DNA from: a virus
Lineage: Duplodnaviria; Caudoviricetes
Virus record (IMG/VR): IMGVR_UViG_3300046318_000318
Direction: 5' to 3' (one strand)
Length of the DNA: 64,000 bases
Position 1 is the first letter of the stretch. Each line of letters opens with the position of its first letter. Shown here piece by piece: positions 47,450 through 57,683 of the stretch. Under the pieces are notes generated by a model. It made no database searches and was not told the origin of the DNA. It saw nothing but the letters and a program-made list of their open reading frames with translations. The position numbers and the translations under genes are program-made.

Positions 47450-48598
47450 TTAGAACACAGGAGCATGACCGGTGTTCAACGACTTCAGGATATCCATGAT
47501 GTCAGGACCTTTGTCTTTACCGACAGACTTCAGTTCTTTATAAGACAGATCAGTATAGGACTGGATACCGCGTGTGTAGAAAGTCACACGCTGCCATTCA
47601 CGGTCGATCACCACGATAACCATGGCGTAGGTGTTCTCAAATGCTTGTTCGCGGGTCTTGAAGTTAGTCAGGCGACCGCCTAACTTACCTTCTAGTTCAC
47701 GAGCGATTTCTTCAGTCACCACAAACAGATTAGAAGCAGAAACCAAAGAAGGGTTCTTGGTCAGAAGACCGTACTTCTTAGAGTTATTCACACGACGCAT
47801 GATTTCAAGCATGGTGCCTGTCTCATCACCGATCATAGCGCGTTTGTTCTCATCTATCAAATCTTGACAGAAAATCAAATCACGAATGAAAGAGATGCGG
47901 CCGGATCTCCAAGCATGGAAACGTTCTACGATAGAAGTATCGTCCTTATGCACAGCCAGCAAATGTCCAATCGTGCTATTAGGTACAGCAGAAACCATCA
48001 ATCTGAAGTTAACAGGGATTGTAACCTGACTAGCACAATCATCTTTAACACCTTCAACAGACTTGTTATAGGTGATGCTGATGTTAACCAGCTTGCCCAC
48101 AGACAAGTTAGAGATATCCATGATGACTTCACTGGGGTCTTTACCTTTAGGGCCAGAAGGACCTTTACCACCGTCTTTGTCACCTGGGGCTTCTAAAGCC
48201 AATCGAGTAGAGGTAGGCAAGCTATATTTATAAGACTCTAGAGAAAGAGTAGATAAAGACTCACGAGAGACTTTCTCTTCTAACAGAAAACCTGTCTCAT
48301 CCCGATCTGGGTTGAGCTTATCCAGAATTCTAACTACTTCTACATCGTTCACTGTGGTCAACATGTGTACAGCTTGCAGGTAGTAACCAGCAAACATATT
48401 CAACAAAACATTGTTGACATCAGACATGCATTCAATATTAAGGCAGTCTTTAGATACTATAGTCAATGGCTCCACTCTGGTCAGCCGGGTTGCATCTGAA
48501 AGCGATTTTGTCGTGTAGTAATTTGTGAAGCTGTCTTTGACTGTATTGATCGCTTTAGCGATCGAGGTCAAAGCCGTATTGATAAGACCTAGTTCCAT
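47450..48598 (-). CDS. Inner-body protein (phiKZ gp89-like)
   Basis: TRVEPLTIV, FAGYYLQA, SLE/ALE sites, GRISFIRDLIFCQDLI. Confidence 0.72.
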   Translation of the reverse strand: MELGLINTALTSIAKAINTVKDSFTNYYTTKSLSDATRLTRVEPLTIVSKDCLNIECMSDVNNVLLNMFAGYYLQAVHMLTTVNDVEVVRILDKLNPDRDETGFLLEEKVSRESLSTLSLESYKYSLPTSTRLALEAPGDKDGGKGPSGPKGKDPSEVIMDISNLSVGKLVNISITYNKSVEGVKDDCASQVTIPVNFRLMVSAVPNSTIGHLLAVHKDDTSIVERFHAWRSGRISFIRDLIFCQDLIDENKRAMIGDETGTMLEIMRRVNNSKKYGLLTKNPSLVSASNLFVVTEEIARELEGKLGGRLTNFKTREQAFENTYAMVIVVIDREWQRVTFYTRGIQSYTDLSYKELKSVGKDKGPDIMDILKSLNTGHAPVF

Positions 48599-48628
48599 GT
48601 TGACTCCGATTTCAGAAAGAATGAAAAA

Positions 48629-49888
48629 ATGGCAAAAACGATTGTTCCGTATACGTTAGATGATTACTTTGCATCTACGCCTATAGGATCTGTGGATAGG
48701 GCGTCTGGTAATAACCTTTTCGGTATCAATCATCAGCAAACACCTGGTGCGGTACCTGCTAATAAAGATACTTTTGGTCTGACTTTTTTCACCAGACCTC
48801 AGTTGAATCTTCAAGCTGATAACTTAAGAAATGAAAGAAGATTCTATTCTTTATTGACTAATCAACCTTTGAGCATACAACGGTATATACGCTGTATGTT
48901 GGATCCCAGAGCGCAATTAGGTCATCAACCCAAGTCTTCAAATAACGTTGAAGCTTTATATCCGCCTATACCATGTCCTTTGGTGGATTCTTCACAGGCG
49001 TTTATACCTGTGCTTACAAACAATTTACTCACATTATCAGGCTGGCCTGATGTGGTAGCTCCTGTCTTTGAATCTGAAAGTGGGATGTATAAAGAATCTT
49101 ACGCTCAGGTTGATGGGCTGTCAAGGAATTACGAGTCATTCGATTTGGACGCTTCCTTTAGAAATACCAGAGGAGATCCTATCCTCTATATGTTCTACAT
49201 ATGGTTACAGTACATGAGTGATGTCTTTGAAGGTAAACTTGTACCTTACATGGACTATCTGGTAGAAAACGTTATTGACTACAACACTAGGATCTACAGA
49301 TTGGTTTTAGATGTCAATAAACAGAAGGTCAAAAAGATAGCCGCCACAGGCGCTTCGTTTCCTGTCTCTGTACCCACAGGCAGTTTCTTTGACTTTAACT
49401 CTGAGACACCTTACTCTGACCAGAATAAGGATATCACGATTCGATTCAGATGTATGGGTGCTGACTATTTAGACGATATACTAATCAAAGAGTTTAACGA
49501 CACAGTCAAGATCTTCAATCCTTCTATGTTTAATAGATACAGAGATCAAGAGATGGTAAGAGTCAGTCAGAAGACTTTACCTTTGTTTAACAACAGAGGT
49601 TACCCAAGGATAGATGAAACCACCTATGACCTAGAGTGGTGGGTCAGTAAAGATATGTATGCTTCTGTGATAACTGGCACACATCCAGATCTTCTGTCCT
49701 TCTATCCTTCAGCATCTGTAGGTAGTGATACTGAAAGAAATGCTGATATAGATGTGCCTATGGATACAGCTGATCAGACTTATCAGGACATAGAGAAAGC
49801 TGCTGGGACAAATAGTCCAGCTATACAAGCTGCTAAAGATGCAGCTACTCAAGCAGCTAAAGATGAATATGACAACACAGGCGAATAA
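48629..49888 (+). CDS. Baseplate/tail-tube-initiator-like structural protein (phiKZ gp88-like)
   Basis: FGLTFFTRPQLNL and DYNTRIYRLVLD motifs; divergent orientation as in phiKZ-like genomes. Confidence 0.7.
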   Translation: MAKTIVPYTLDDYFASTPIGSVDRASGNNLFGINHQQTPGAVPANKDTFGLTFFTRPQLNLQADNLRNERRFYSLLTNQPLSIQRYIRCMLDPRAQLGHQPKSSNNVEALYPPIPCPLVDSSQAFIPVLTNNLLTLSGWPDVVAPVFESESGMYKESYAQVDGLSRNYESFDLDASFRNTRGDPILYMFYIWLQYMSDVFEGKLVPYMDYLVENVIDYNTRIYRLVLDVNKQKVKKIAATGASFPVSVPTGSFFDFNSETPYSDQNKDITIRFRCMGADYLDDILIKEFNDTVKIFNPSMFNRYRDQEMVRVSQKTLPLFNNRGYPRIDETTYDLEWWVSKDMYASVITGTHPDLLSFYPSASVGSDTERNADIDVPMDTADQTYQDIEKAAGTNSPAIQAAKDAATQAAKDEYDNTGE

Positions 49889-49897
49889 GGAATAAAC

Positions 49898-52822
49898 ATG
49901 CCAACTTTAACAGATCTGCAAGCAGGTGTGGAAAGATACAAATTCAGTCCTGTGGATATACAGAGAACTGTACTTGAACATCTTGACGCAGTCACAGACG
50001 GTAAAATCAATCTGGTAGATGCCACCTCACCTTTTATGTTTCTTCTGGATGCAAGCTGTGTTAATACAGCTACAGCCATACAAGAATATGAAATTAACCT
50101 CAGAAGACAATATCCTAGTTTAGCACAAACTGAATTAGATCTCTATAGCCATATGGCTGATGTAGACTATTTAGATAGATTCGCCAAACCATCTTCTGTG
50201 ACCTATACATTAGCTATCTCTGTAGCCGACATCAAATCTAAATTGGTCAGAAATGATGCTGAAGAGTGCTACCAGGCTACTATACCTAGGGATACCTATT
50301 TCACAGTAGATGAATATACCTTTACTTTGGAATACCCTATAGACATCAGAAGGTTCTCTAACGGAGCCTATCAGTTTAGTTATAACGGAGAATTAGAATC
50401 TCCTTTGGGTCCTCTGACCAACAACATCATAGACTACGTGGTCAGAAGAGACGCAGACGGTAATGATTGGGTGTTTCTGACTGTTCCTTTGAAACAGTTC
50501 AAGATAGAAACGCACTATCAGACTGTGCTCAGATCCACACCTTACGAAGAAAATATTGTATTTAACGATCAGTATTATTACTGCCGTGTGTTCTACAAGA
50601 ATGAAAACACCCCAACGTGGGTGGAGATGAAGACCACTCACAGCGACCAGATCTTTGACCCTTACCATCCAACAGCTTTACTGAGTGTTATAAACAACCA
50701 GGTTACTGTATCTGTACCTATGGTCTATATCACCACAGAACAAGTCTATGGTAATGTTCGTGTGGATGTTTATACAACCAAAGGACCTATAGCAGTTAAC
50801 ATGTCGAACTATAAGGTGAACTTCTTTGGTTATAAGCTTAAGGCTATAAACGAAGAAAGAGACCTGAATATATATACAGCGGCTATGACTGAAATAGGTC
50901 TGTTGTCGTTTAGTGATCAGATCACTTATGGCGGTAGTGACCAAATTGAATTCTTAGAGCTTAGAGATCGTGTCATACAGAACTCTATCGGTGACAGACA
51001 GCTACCTGTCACTAATGCACAAGCTACCAGCTATATAGAGAACAGAGGTTTTGAATTAGTGAAGAACGTGGATGTGGTTACTAACCGTGTCTTCTTAGCT
51101 ATTAAGAAACTACCTATACCTAATAACCTTAAGTTGCTGACATCTGCTAACATCGGTATGTCCACAACCAACATGGATTTAGGCTATATCAGAACTCTTG
51201 AAACAGCCACAGATAACTTCAACAGAATCACAGTACATAGCAACAACCTGTTCATCAACGAAAACGGTGTGGTGCGTATCGTGACTGCTTCTGAGTTGAT
51301 TAGTTTAAGAGGTATGTCTAAAACAGCTTTGGCTGTGGAAGTCAATAGTAAACAGTATATCTATAACCCTTTCTACTACGTGCTTGATAGTTCTGAATCT
51401 GAGTTTGATTCAAGAGCCTATCATCTAGATCAACCTTTTGCCAAGAACTTAAGTTTCATTTACCAGAATGAAACCATGATGTTGCCTGTCAATACCAAGA
51501 CTTTCAGTTTGACAAAGACATCTGTGGGTTATAATCTTATTATCAGTACCAAGTCTGGTAATCAATACAAAGCCGTGGCTGATAACGACATAACCGTGGT
51601 GCTAGGTTATGTACCTGTCAATGAAACCAATGCAGCTTTTATTAAAGGTATCTATCAAGGTAGAAGCGACGCAGCTTCTGGTAATGAGCGTATCTTTAAA
51701 TTTGAGATCAAGACCAACCACGATATAGATACAGATGACTATATCACTTTGACATCAGGTAAGATGTTCTCTACTTCAGAGATCAAAACCAAATGTCTGT
51801 TGAGTAAGTCGTTTAAAATCTACCACATGTCGTCTTCCATTACCGTAGGGTTTAAACCCAGCGAAGCGGATGGTGATGCTCCTATATTCCTAACAGGACC
51901 AGGCTTTAAGGTTATCACACACGAAACCTTAGATCTTACCTTTGGTTATGCTTTAAAGAACCTCTGGTCCAGATCAAGGACTCTACCAGGCGGTACTGTA
52001 TATAAAAAGCACTCTGCAGACATACCTCTTTTATACACAGAAGATGTTTACAGAACAGATCCTATCACAGGTTCTATCTTTAGTATAAATGCATCTGGTA
52101 ATGTGGTTTACGATAAACTTCATACAGCTGGAGATATAGTAAGAGATAACTCTGGTGCTGTGATATATAAATACAAAGCTGGCGATACAGTCATAGATGC
52201 TGATGGTAACCCTGTACCTGATGAGATAGCTTCTATGGATAAAGAGTTAGACATCCTCTTTGTGGATGGTCGATACTACTTTACGACAGATGCTAACTTT
52301 ATAGCATACAGAGCTGAGATAGCTGAAACTATCAGAACCTGGATCACTGAAGATCTTAAAGAAAGTCAAAAGAAACTGTTAGAGCAGACTAAGTTGTTCT
52401 TCTATCCTAAGACTACCTTAGGTAAAGTAAGAGTCTATCCAGACAGTTACACAGAAGACATCGTAGACGCTGAACAGTCTTTGACTATAGATCTCTATGT
52501 AAATAACAAAGTCTATCACGACAATGATATTAGAAACAGATTGACGTCTGGTATCGTTAAGCTGGTAGATGAGTGGATAGATGATCCTGTTGTTAATATA
52601 ACTGAGCTGCATAAACAGATCACGGTATTCTCAAGCGCCTCTGTGGTGAGTGTGAGTATCAAAGGTTTGGCTGGTGATAAGAACTATCAGATATTGACTC
52701 TGGCGCAGAACGAAAGTCGTTTATGTGTTAAGAAGAAACTGTTTGTTCAACCAGATGGTACGACTATTATTAAAGAAGACATCACAGTCAACTTCACTAA
52801 CGTAGAAAAACTGGCAGTTTAA
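49898..52822 (+). CDS. Baseplate wedge-like structural protein (phiKZ gp87-like)
   Basis: 974 aa; DATSPFMFLL, LYSHMADVDY, DVVTNRVF motifs; synteny. Confidence 0.75.
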   Translation: MPTLTDLQAGVERYKFSPVDIQRTVLEHLDAVTDGKINLVDATSPFMFLLDASCVNTATAIQEYEINLRRQYPSLAQTELDLYSHMADVDYLDRFAKPSSVTYTLAISVADIKSKLVRNDAEECYQATIPRDTYFTVDEYTFTLEYPIDIRRFSNGAYQFSYNGELESPLGPLTNNIIDYVVRRDADGNDWVFLTVPLKQFKIETHYQTVLRSTPYEENIVFNDQYYYCRVFYKNENTPTWVEMKTTHSDQIFDPYHPTALLSVINNQVTVSVPMVYITTEQVYGNVRVDVYTTKGPIAVNMSNYKVNFFGYKLKAINEERDLNIYTAAMTEIGLLSFSDQITYGGSDQIEFLELRDRVIQNSIGDRQLPVTNAQATSYIENRGFELVKNVDVVTNRVFLAIKKLPIPNNLKLLTSANIGMSTTNMDLGYIRTLETATDNFNRITVHSNNLFINENGVVRIVTASELISLRGMSKTALAVEVNSKQYIYNPFYYVLDSSESEFDSRAYHLDQPFAKNLSFIYQNETMMLPVNTKTFSLTKTSVGYNLIISTKSGNQYKAVADNDITVVLGYVPVNETNAAFIKGIYQGRSDAASGNERIFKFEIKTNHDIDTDDYITLTSGKMFSTSEIKTKCLLSKSFKIYHMSSSITVGFKPSEADGDAPIFLTGPGFKVITHETLDLTFGYALKNLWSRSRTLPGGTVYKKHSADIPLLYTEDVYRTDPITGSIFSINASGNVVYDKLHTAGDIVRDNSGAVIYKYKAGDTVIDADGNPVPDEIASMDKELDILFVDGRYYFTTDANFIAYRAEIAETIRTWITEDLKESQKKLLEQTKLFFYPKTTLGKVRVYPDSYTEDIVDAEQSLTIDLYVNNKVYHDNDIRNRLTSGIVKLVDEWIDDPVVNITELHKQITVFSSASVVSVSIKGLAGDKNYQILTLAQNESRLCVKKKLFVQPDGTTIIKEDITVNFTNVEKLAV

Positions 52823-52832
52823 AAATTAAAAA

Positions 52833-52872
52833 TATCTATACACCCGGCCTATATGGCTCGGGTGTATAGATA
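52833..52872. terminator. Bidirectional terminator between convergent genes, repeated family variant
   Basis: ACACCCGGCCTATATGGCTCGGGTGT core. Confidence 0.8.
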
Positions 52873-52879
52873 AATCTTT

Positions 52880-53986
52880 TTAAGCTCTTTTAAGCTCTTC
52901 AAATAATACGTGTGTGTTAAAGTTCAATTGACCTAAGCTGTATAAAGCACTAGCAGCTGAGACAGAAGCACGTATAGTGCGCATCAACTCAGCATTGTGC
53001 GTTAACAGATAGTTATGTAATTCAGCTGGTGTGGCAGTATCTACATTAGCACTGTTCTTCATGAACTCAAGCTTACCAGCTATATCGTTCAAACAAGTAC
53101 CTATAGATTCTAACAAAGAAGCATACTTTTCACTGGTGTAGAACGTTAACAGATCTTTAAACGTCAGATCGTGTACAGTTTCACCGCGCATGTTCTCATC
53201 GCTGAATAGATTATCCATAGACTTACCGTAGATAACAGTAGCTATACACATCTTTAAAGCTCTGCATTCATAAGCTGTCTTTATATTTAAAACAGCTTTA
53301 GTGAACTCAGCTCCATCCATGGTACCACCCTTGAACATATCTGGGATAAGTTCAGACACAGGTATCTCTAAGAAAGATTTGAACTCTTCCTTGTACTGCA
53401 CTATGGTGTTTTTAGATCCCTCTAATTTAGAAGAGATATCTTTTCCATTGACATGCAGATCGTTACCTGTAGCTCTGATAGCTGGAAGATGTTCACCTGA
53501 AAGCACACTTACAGTAGCTATAGCTGCTTCAAGTGGTTCTTTTAAGAATGTCTTTGCGTCTTCAAATAACAAAGCTTGTTCAACAGCAATAGAACGTTTC
53601 ATATTAGAAACAGTCGCATCAAAGTTGACTTTGGTTTTATTGACGGAGAATTGCTCAAGTGTAAGTCTTGTACCCAGTAGAGCTGGAAACTGTTCAAGAG
53701 CATATGAAACATCTGCTCTACATACAGCACCTTCTGTACTGATCTCATCATGTACAGCTTGCATTTCTACTATTTTAACTGTCTTACCATCTAAAGCAGC
53801 AAAGTTAACTTGAGCTGTAGCTAAAGCTTGACCTGCTTGAGTAGTCGTTTGTGGATTAACAGGTTGGGAAGGAGCACCGACTATGACTGTGGACTTATCT
53901 GTGGATTGCACAGAAGATGGACCTTTGATTAAATCATGATCCACCACAGTGTTGTCGATGTCGTCCATGACGTCATCATTTAACAT
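52880..53986 (-). CDS. Internal virion protein (phiKZ gp86-like)
   Basis: 368 aa; acidic N-terminus; synteny. Confidence 0.55.
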   Translation of the reverse strand: MLNDDVMDDIDNTVVDHDLIKGPSSVQSTDKSTVIVGAPSQPVNPQTTTQAGQALATAQVNFAALDGKTVKIVEMQAVHDEISTEGAVCRADVSYALEQFPALLGTRLTLEQFSVNKTKVNFDATVSNMKRSIAVEQALLFEDAKTFLKEPLEAAIATVSVLSGEHLPAIRATGNDLHVNGKDISSKLEGSKNTIVQYKEEFKSFLEIPVSELIPDMFKGGTMDGAEFTKAVLNIKTAYECRALKMCIATVIYGKSMDNLFSDENMRGETVHDLTFKDLLTFYTSEKYASLLESIGTCLNDIAGKLEFMKNSANVDTATPAELHNYLLTHNAELMRTIRASVSAASALYSLGQLNFNTHVLFEELKRA

Positions 53987-53987
53987 A

Positions 53988-54452
53988 TCAGACGACCTTC
54001 TTACTGAGTTGTTCCAACACCTTCTTAAAGCCGTTGTTCATCACAGAGACTTCAGTAGCATTGTCTTTCATGAAACAAAGAGTTTCTTCAGAGAAGTGTT
54101 TATACAGCTTGAAGATATCTACGATACCGTTGGCTGTACCACTTTGACTGTGGAACATGCTGTTGTCGTAGCAGCTCTGGTATCTGAACATATAGAAAGA
54201 TATAACCTCCTTCATGACAGCGTCTGTGTCTAACAAACAGACTTCCATGATGCGACCCACCAAAGTAGATACAGTCTGAAGGTGTTCAGATCTGTAGTAC
54301 ATGTGAGGATCTTCAACAGGAGCCTGTGGTAATTCAAGATCGTAAGCCAAGACACGAGCTAAACCCAAAGTCACAGACTTGGTCTTAGATTTACCTGTAG
54401 AACCAATGCCTACCAGAAAGGTATTGGATTCTTGATTGATAGAAAGCAACAT
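53988..54452 (-). CDS. Conserved jumbo-phage protein (phiKZ gp85-like)
   Basis: 154 aa; LARVLAYDL motif; synteny. Confidence 0.55.
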   Translation of the reverse strand: MLLSINQESNTFLVGIGSTGKSKTKSVTLGLARVLAYDLELPQAPVEDPHMYYRSEHLQTVSTLVGRIMEVCLLDTDAVMKEVISFYMFRYQSCYDNSMFHSQSGTANGIVDIFKLYKHFSEETLCFMKDNATEVSVMNNGFKKVLEQLSKKVV

Positions 54453-54467
54453 TTTTAATTTTCCTTA

Positions 54468-55793
54468 TCAGGACTGAAGTCTTAACTCAGCAGATTTAAT
54501 AAACAAAGGATTCGCCGAAAGCTCTTCCAACAACTGTTCTTCACGGATGCTTCTACCTGCATTGCGATCAGAAGACCAGAACACATTTAAGAATCCATCT
54601 AGGATAGTGTTGTATTCCATCGTGTCTTTTATGATACCGTCCATGACGTAGATGTTATCCACGATAGGCTTCATCTCTTTAGGAGACAACTTCTGGTCTT
54701 TCAAAGACTCGATCATGTCGTTACGCAGCCTCACATACCGAAGTTTAAGCTTGTCGTATGTGTAATCTCTTCCAGATTCGCCTGAATCACCAAGCATACT
54801 TGTTACAATAAGCGCAGAGATGATAGCATAAAAGATCCAACCGCTGCCAATAGCAACAGCTAAGCAAGTAACACCCAAGCAGAACCAAAGAAGATTTAAC
54901 AGCTGGAAGAACACCCAAGCAGATCTTTGTTTCTCAGGACTCCAGCCAGCTTTGGTTAGTTTATCTAAAGCGATAGTAACTTCTCTGCCGTATCCAAATC
55001 TGCTGGAGAAAGTATCCGCCATCTGTTCAAAGCTGGTTTTAGAATAAGTGCCATTATCCATCTGTGTACCAGTGCCTGTGTCAGCAGCATCCACAATGAA
55101 CTTAAACCAGTGATAAGAAGCGATAGTTCTGTTGTCAGACATCATCTTATCGACTTCCTCACGCTTGATCTTAGGCGTTACGGTCTTCAGTTCTCTGAAG
55201 ATATAGTCAGAATCTGCTTTAGACTTCTTACCTAAGCAAACTTTAGCCGTATTAGCTAAGACTTGGTTGTTGGTGTCAAGACGATCAGAGTATTCAAATG
55301 CATAGAAAGCATGACCTAATTCATGAAGGATCACACCAGTAGTTTCAGCTGGTGTTAGTTTATAATCACGCTTAAGGCTAGTGAAATTAAGATACAGGTT
55401 TACCACCACATCAGAGAATACACCACCCACAGTAGCATCAGCTACATTAACACTACCTTTGACCTTACCCTTTTTCAGAAGATCACCTATTTGCTCTTGA
55501 ACATAGTCTTCAGCTGGTTTACCTTGCCACATCTTAGGTATAAATACATGATGAGACTGAGCATAGAAAGGCTGAACAGCTGCTAGAGCCAGAATAGTAT
55601 TTATTTTAACACCAAAGCCTAAACGGCTCTTTACCAACATTTCCAACTGTTTAGTCTCAGGCCACATAGCCAGCTCTTCAGCGTTGACAGCCACAGAAGT
55701 CTCAATCTTCTTATAGATATCAGATACGATAACTTCTATCCGACTACCGAAGTTATCTTTTTGGAAATCGATCGTTTCCATAGCGAAGCTCAT
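54468..55793 (-). CDS. Virion protein with M48-like zincin motif and TM helices (phiKZ gp84-like)
   Basis: AME|TIDFQ N-terminus, ILHELGH, EQMADTFSSRFGYG, hydrophobic hairpin near the C-terminal third; likely start 55793 (ORF track 55895). Confidence 0.7.
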   Translation of the reverse strand: MSFAMETIDFQKDNFGSRIEVIVSDIYKKIETSVAVNAEELAMWPETKQLEMLVKSRLGFGVKINTILALAAVQPFYAQSHHVFIPKMWQGKPAEDYVQEQIGDLLKKGKVKGSVNVADATVGGVFSDVVVNLYLNFTSLKRDYKLTPAETTGVILHELGHAFYAFEYSDRLDTNNQVLANTAKVCLGKKSKADSDYIFRELKTVTPKIKREEVDKMMSDNRTIASYHWFKFIVDAADTGTGTQMDNGTYSKTSFEQMADTFSSRFGYGREVTIALDKLTKAGWSPEKQRSAWVFFQLLNLLWFCLGVTCLAVAIGSGWIFYAIISALIVTSMLGDSGESGRDYTYDKLKLRYVRLRNDMIESLKDQKLSPKEMKPIVDNIYVMDGIIKDTMEYNTILDGFLNVFWSSDRNAGRSIREEQLLEELSANPLFIKSAELRLQS

Positions 55794-55912
55794 TAGCTTC
55801 TTTCTCTTGTTAAAAAACATGGGTGTAACTCCTGCGGCGTGGGTGTTTGGAAAAAAAGAAAAACCAGGTTTCGGCGAGATGTTATGTATTAACACCCAAC
55901 CTATTCTGTACC

Positions 55913-57640
55913 ATGGCTAATATCAAAGGCAAAGAATGTAAATTTGTCGTACACGTTCCGAGTAATCACCCGGATGTGGAAGACGTCCATTTGATTAAAG
56001 AAGTCACTCATTATGATGATGGTAGCACCATACCTGGTATCAGGATGATTAAAAATTACAAGAGACCTTTCTATGTAACTAAGAGATCTTACAGAAATCA
56101 CAAACAGAAAAAAGAATGTGAGCATATCTCTAAGTTGGATAGGTTTGATTGTACTGAATCAGAGCTGAGAAACCAAATAGCTAGAGTTCTTGATAAAGCT
56201 TGGTCTAAGGATCATCTTAAAGAACTGTTGGTTTCACCATACATCTACGGAGCTGATGTAACTTCTACTTCGTTTATCAAGAATGATTATAAGAACAAGT
56301 ACCCTGGTATAGCTTCTGCCAACTCTTTGGCTTTTCTTGATATTGAGACTGACATGGTGCATGGACACAAGAAAACTGTGTTGATCACTGTTGTTATGAA
56401 AGGTATCTGCTTTACAGCTGTGACAGAAGAGTTTGCCAAAGGGATAGGGGATATCCAATCTCTCTACAACCTGGGTAAAAAGAAGTATATACAAGAGTAC
56501 ATAGATAAACATCAACTTGAATGTCAGTTGGTTGTGGTCAAAGACAACATCGAAGCTATTAAAGCCGCTTTTAAATTACTCCATGAAAAGAAACCAGATC
56601 TTCTTGCTATCTGGAACATCAACTACGACGTTCCTAAGATGATAGGTGAGATAGAGGATGAAGGTTTGGACCCTGCTGATATCTTTTGTGATCCTGCTGT
56701 GCCTAAGGCTTATAGACTCTGTAAGTACAAGATGGGGAAAACCAAAAAGGTCACAGCCTCTGGTAAAGTATCGGGCATCAACATCGCTGCTCAGTGGCAT
56801 ACATTGTTTCTGACAGCTTCTTTCTATATGGTAGATGCCATGTGTATCTATAAACTACTTAGATTGGCTAAGGCTGAACAACCTCATTACTCCTTAGATT
56901 GGATACTTGGTGTTGAGCTAGGGATCAGAAAACTTAAGTTCAAAGAAGCTGATGGTTATGAAAAGGAACAATGGCACAGCTTTATGCAGTCTCAATATAA
57001 AGTAGAATACATCATCTACAACATGTTTGACTGTATATCCATGATGGAATTAGATGCCAAGACCACAGACATGGCTTTTGCGTTTACATCTTCTTGCGAT
57101 ACCACTGACTTCAGTAAGTTTAACTCACAACCTAAGAAGATCGCTGATGCTTTTTATTACTTCATTCAGGAAAAGAAAGGATTCATATTAGGTACTGTTG
57201 GATTCAGTAAAGAGTCTAACGTCAGTGATGACACAGATCCTGATGTGGTCTTGGATGATGATGACGGTGGTGATGAAGACAGTATGACTTATGACGATGG
57301 GGCTAGATGCCTATCTTTAGCAGGATGGATCGTCACACTACCTTCTTATATGTCAGTGCTGGGTTTGAACATCATTGAAGAAGACCCTACCATCAAAACT
57401 AACATCAGAGCTTTTGTATACGACTCAGATAGCAGTGCTGCTTATCCAAGTGCTACTTCAGTCTGTAATGTAAGTAAAGCTACCACACACAGAGAGATCA
57501 TTGAGATATCTGGTATAGACGAGAATGTATTCAGGGCTCAAAATCTGAATATTGTTCTAGGCTCTACCAACTCTCTAGAATACTGTGTGAATATGTTCGG
57601 TATGCCTGAACCACATAAGCTCTTAGATCTGATAGACTAA
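55913..57640 (+). CDS. Split family-B DNA polymerase: 3'-5' exonuclease and motif-A subunit (phiKZ gp82-like)
   Basis: ExoI LDIETD, ExoII WNINYD, ExoIII YNMFD, pol motif A YDSDSSAAYPS; no motif B or C. Start moved from 55847 to MANIKGKECKF. Confidence 0.85.
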   Translation: MANIKGKECKFVVHVPSNHPDVEDVHLIKEVTHYDDGSTIPGIRMIKNYKRPFYVTKRSYRNHKQKKECEHISKLDRFDCTESELRNQIARVLDKAWSKDHLKELLVSPYIYGADVTSTSFIKNDYKNKYPGIASANSLAFLDIETDMVHGHKKTVLITVVMKGICFTAVTEEFAKGIGDIQSLYNLGKKKYIQEYIDKHQLECQLVVVKDNIEAIKAAFKLLHEKKPDLLAIWNINYDVPKMIGEIEDEGLDPADIFCDPAVPKAYRLCKYKMGKTKKVTASGKVSGINIAAQWHTLFLTASFYMVDAMCIYKLLRLAKAEQPHYSLDWILGVELGIRKLKFKEADGYEKEQWHSFMQSQYKVEYIIYNMFDCISMMELDAKTTDMAFAFTSSCDTTDFSKFNSQPKKIADAFYYFIQEKKGFILGTVGFSKESNVSDDTDPDVVLDDDDGGDEDSMTYDDGARCLSLAGWIVTLPSYMSVLGLNIIEEDPTIKTNIRAFVYDSDSSAAYPSATSVCNVSKATTHREIIEISGIDENVFRAQNLNIVLGSTNSLEYCVNMFGMPEPHKLLDLID

Positions 57641-57682
57641 AAAAATAAACACCCTGGCCTTTTGGGCTGGGGTGTTTATTTT
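57639..57682. terminator. Bidirectional terminator, repeated family
   Basis: Core identical to the 12064-12108 copy. Confidence 0.85.
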
Positions 57683-57683
57683 G

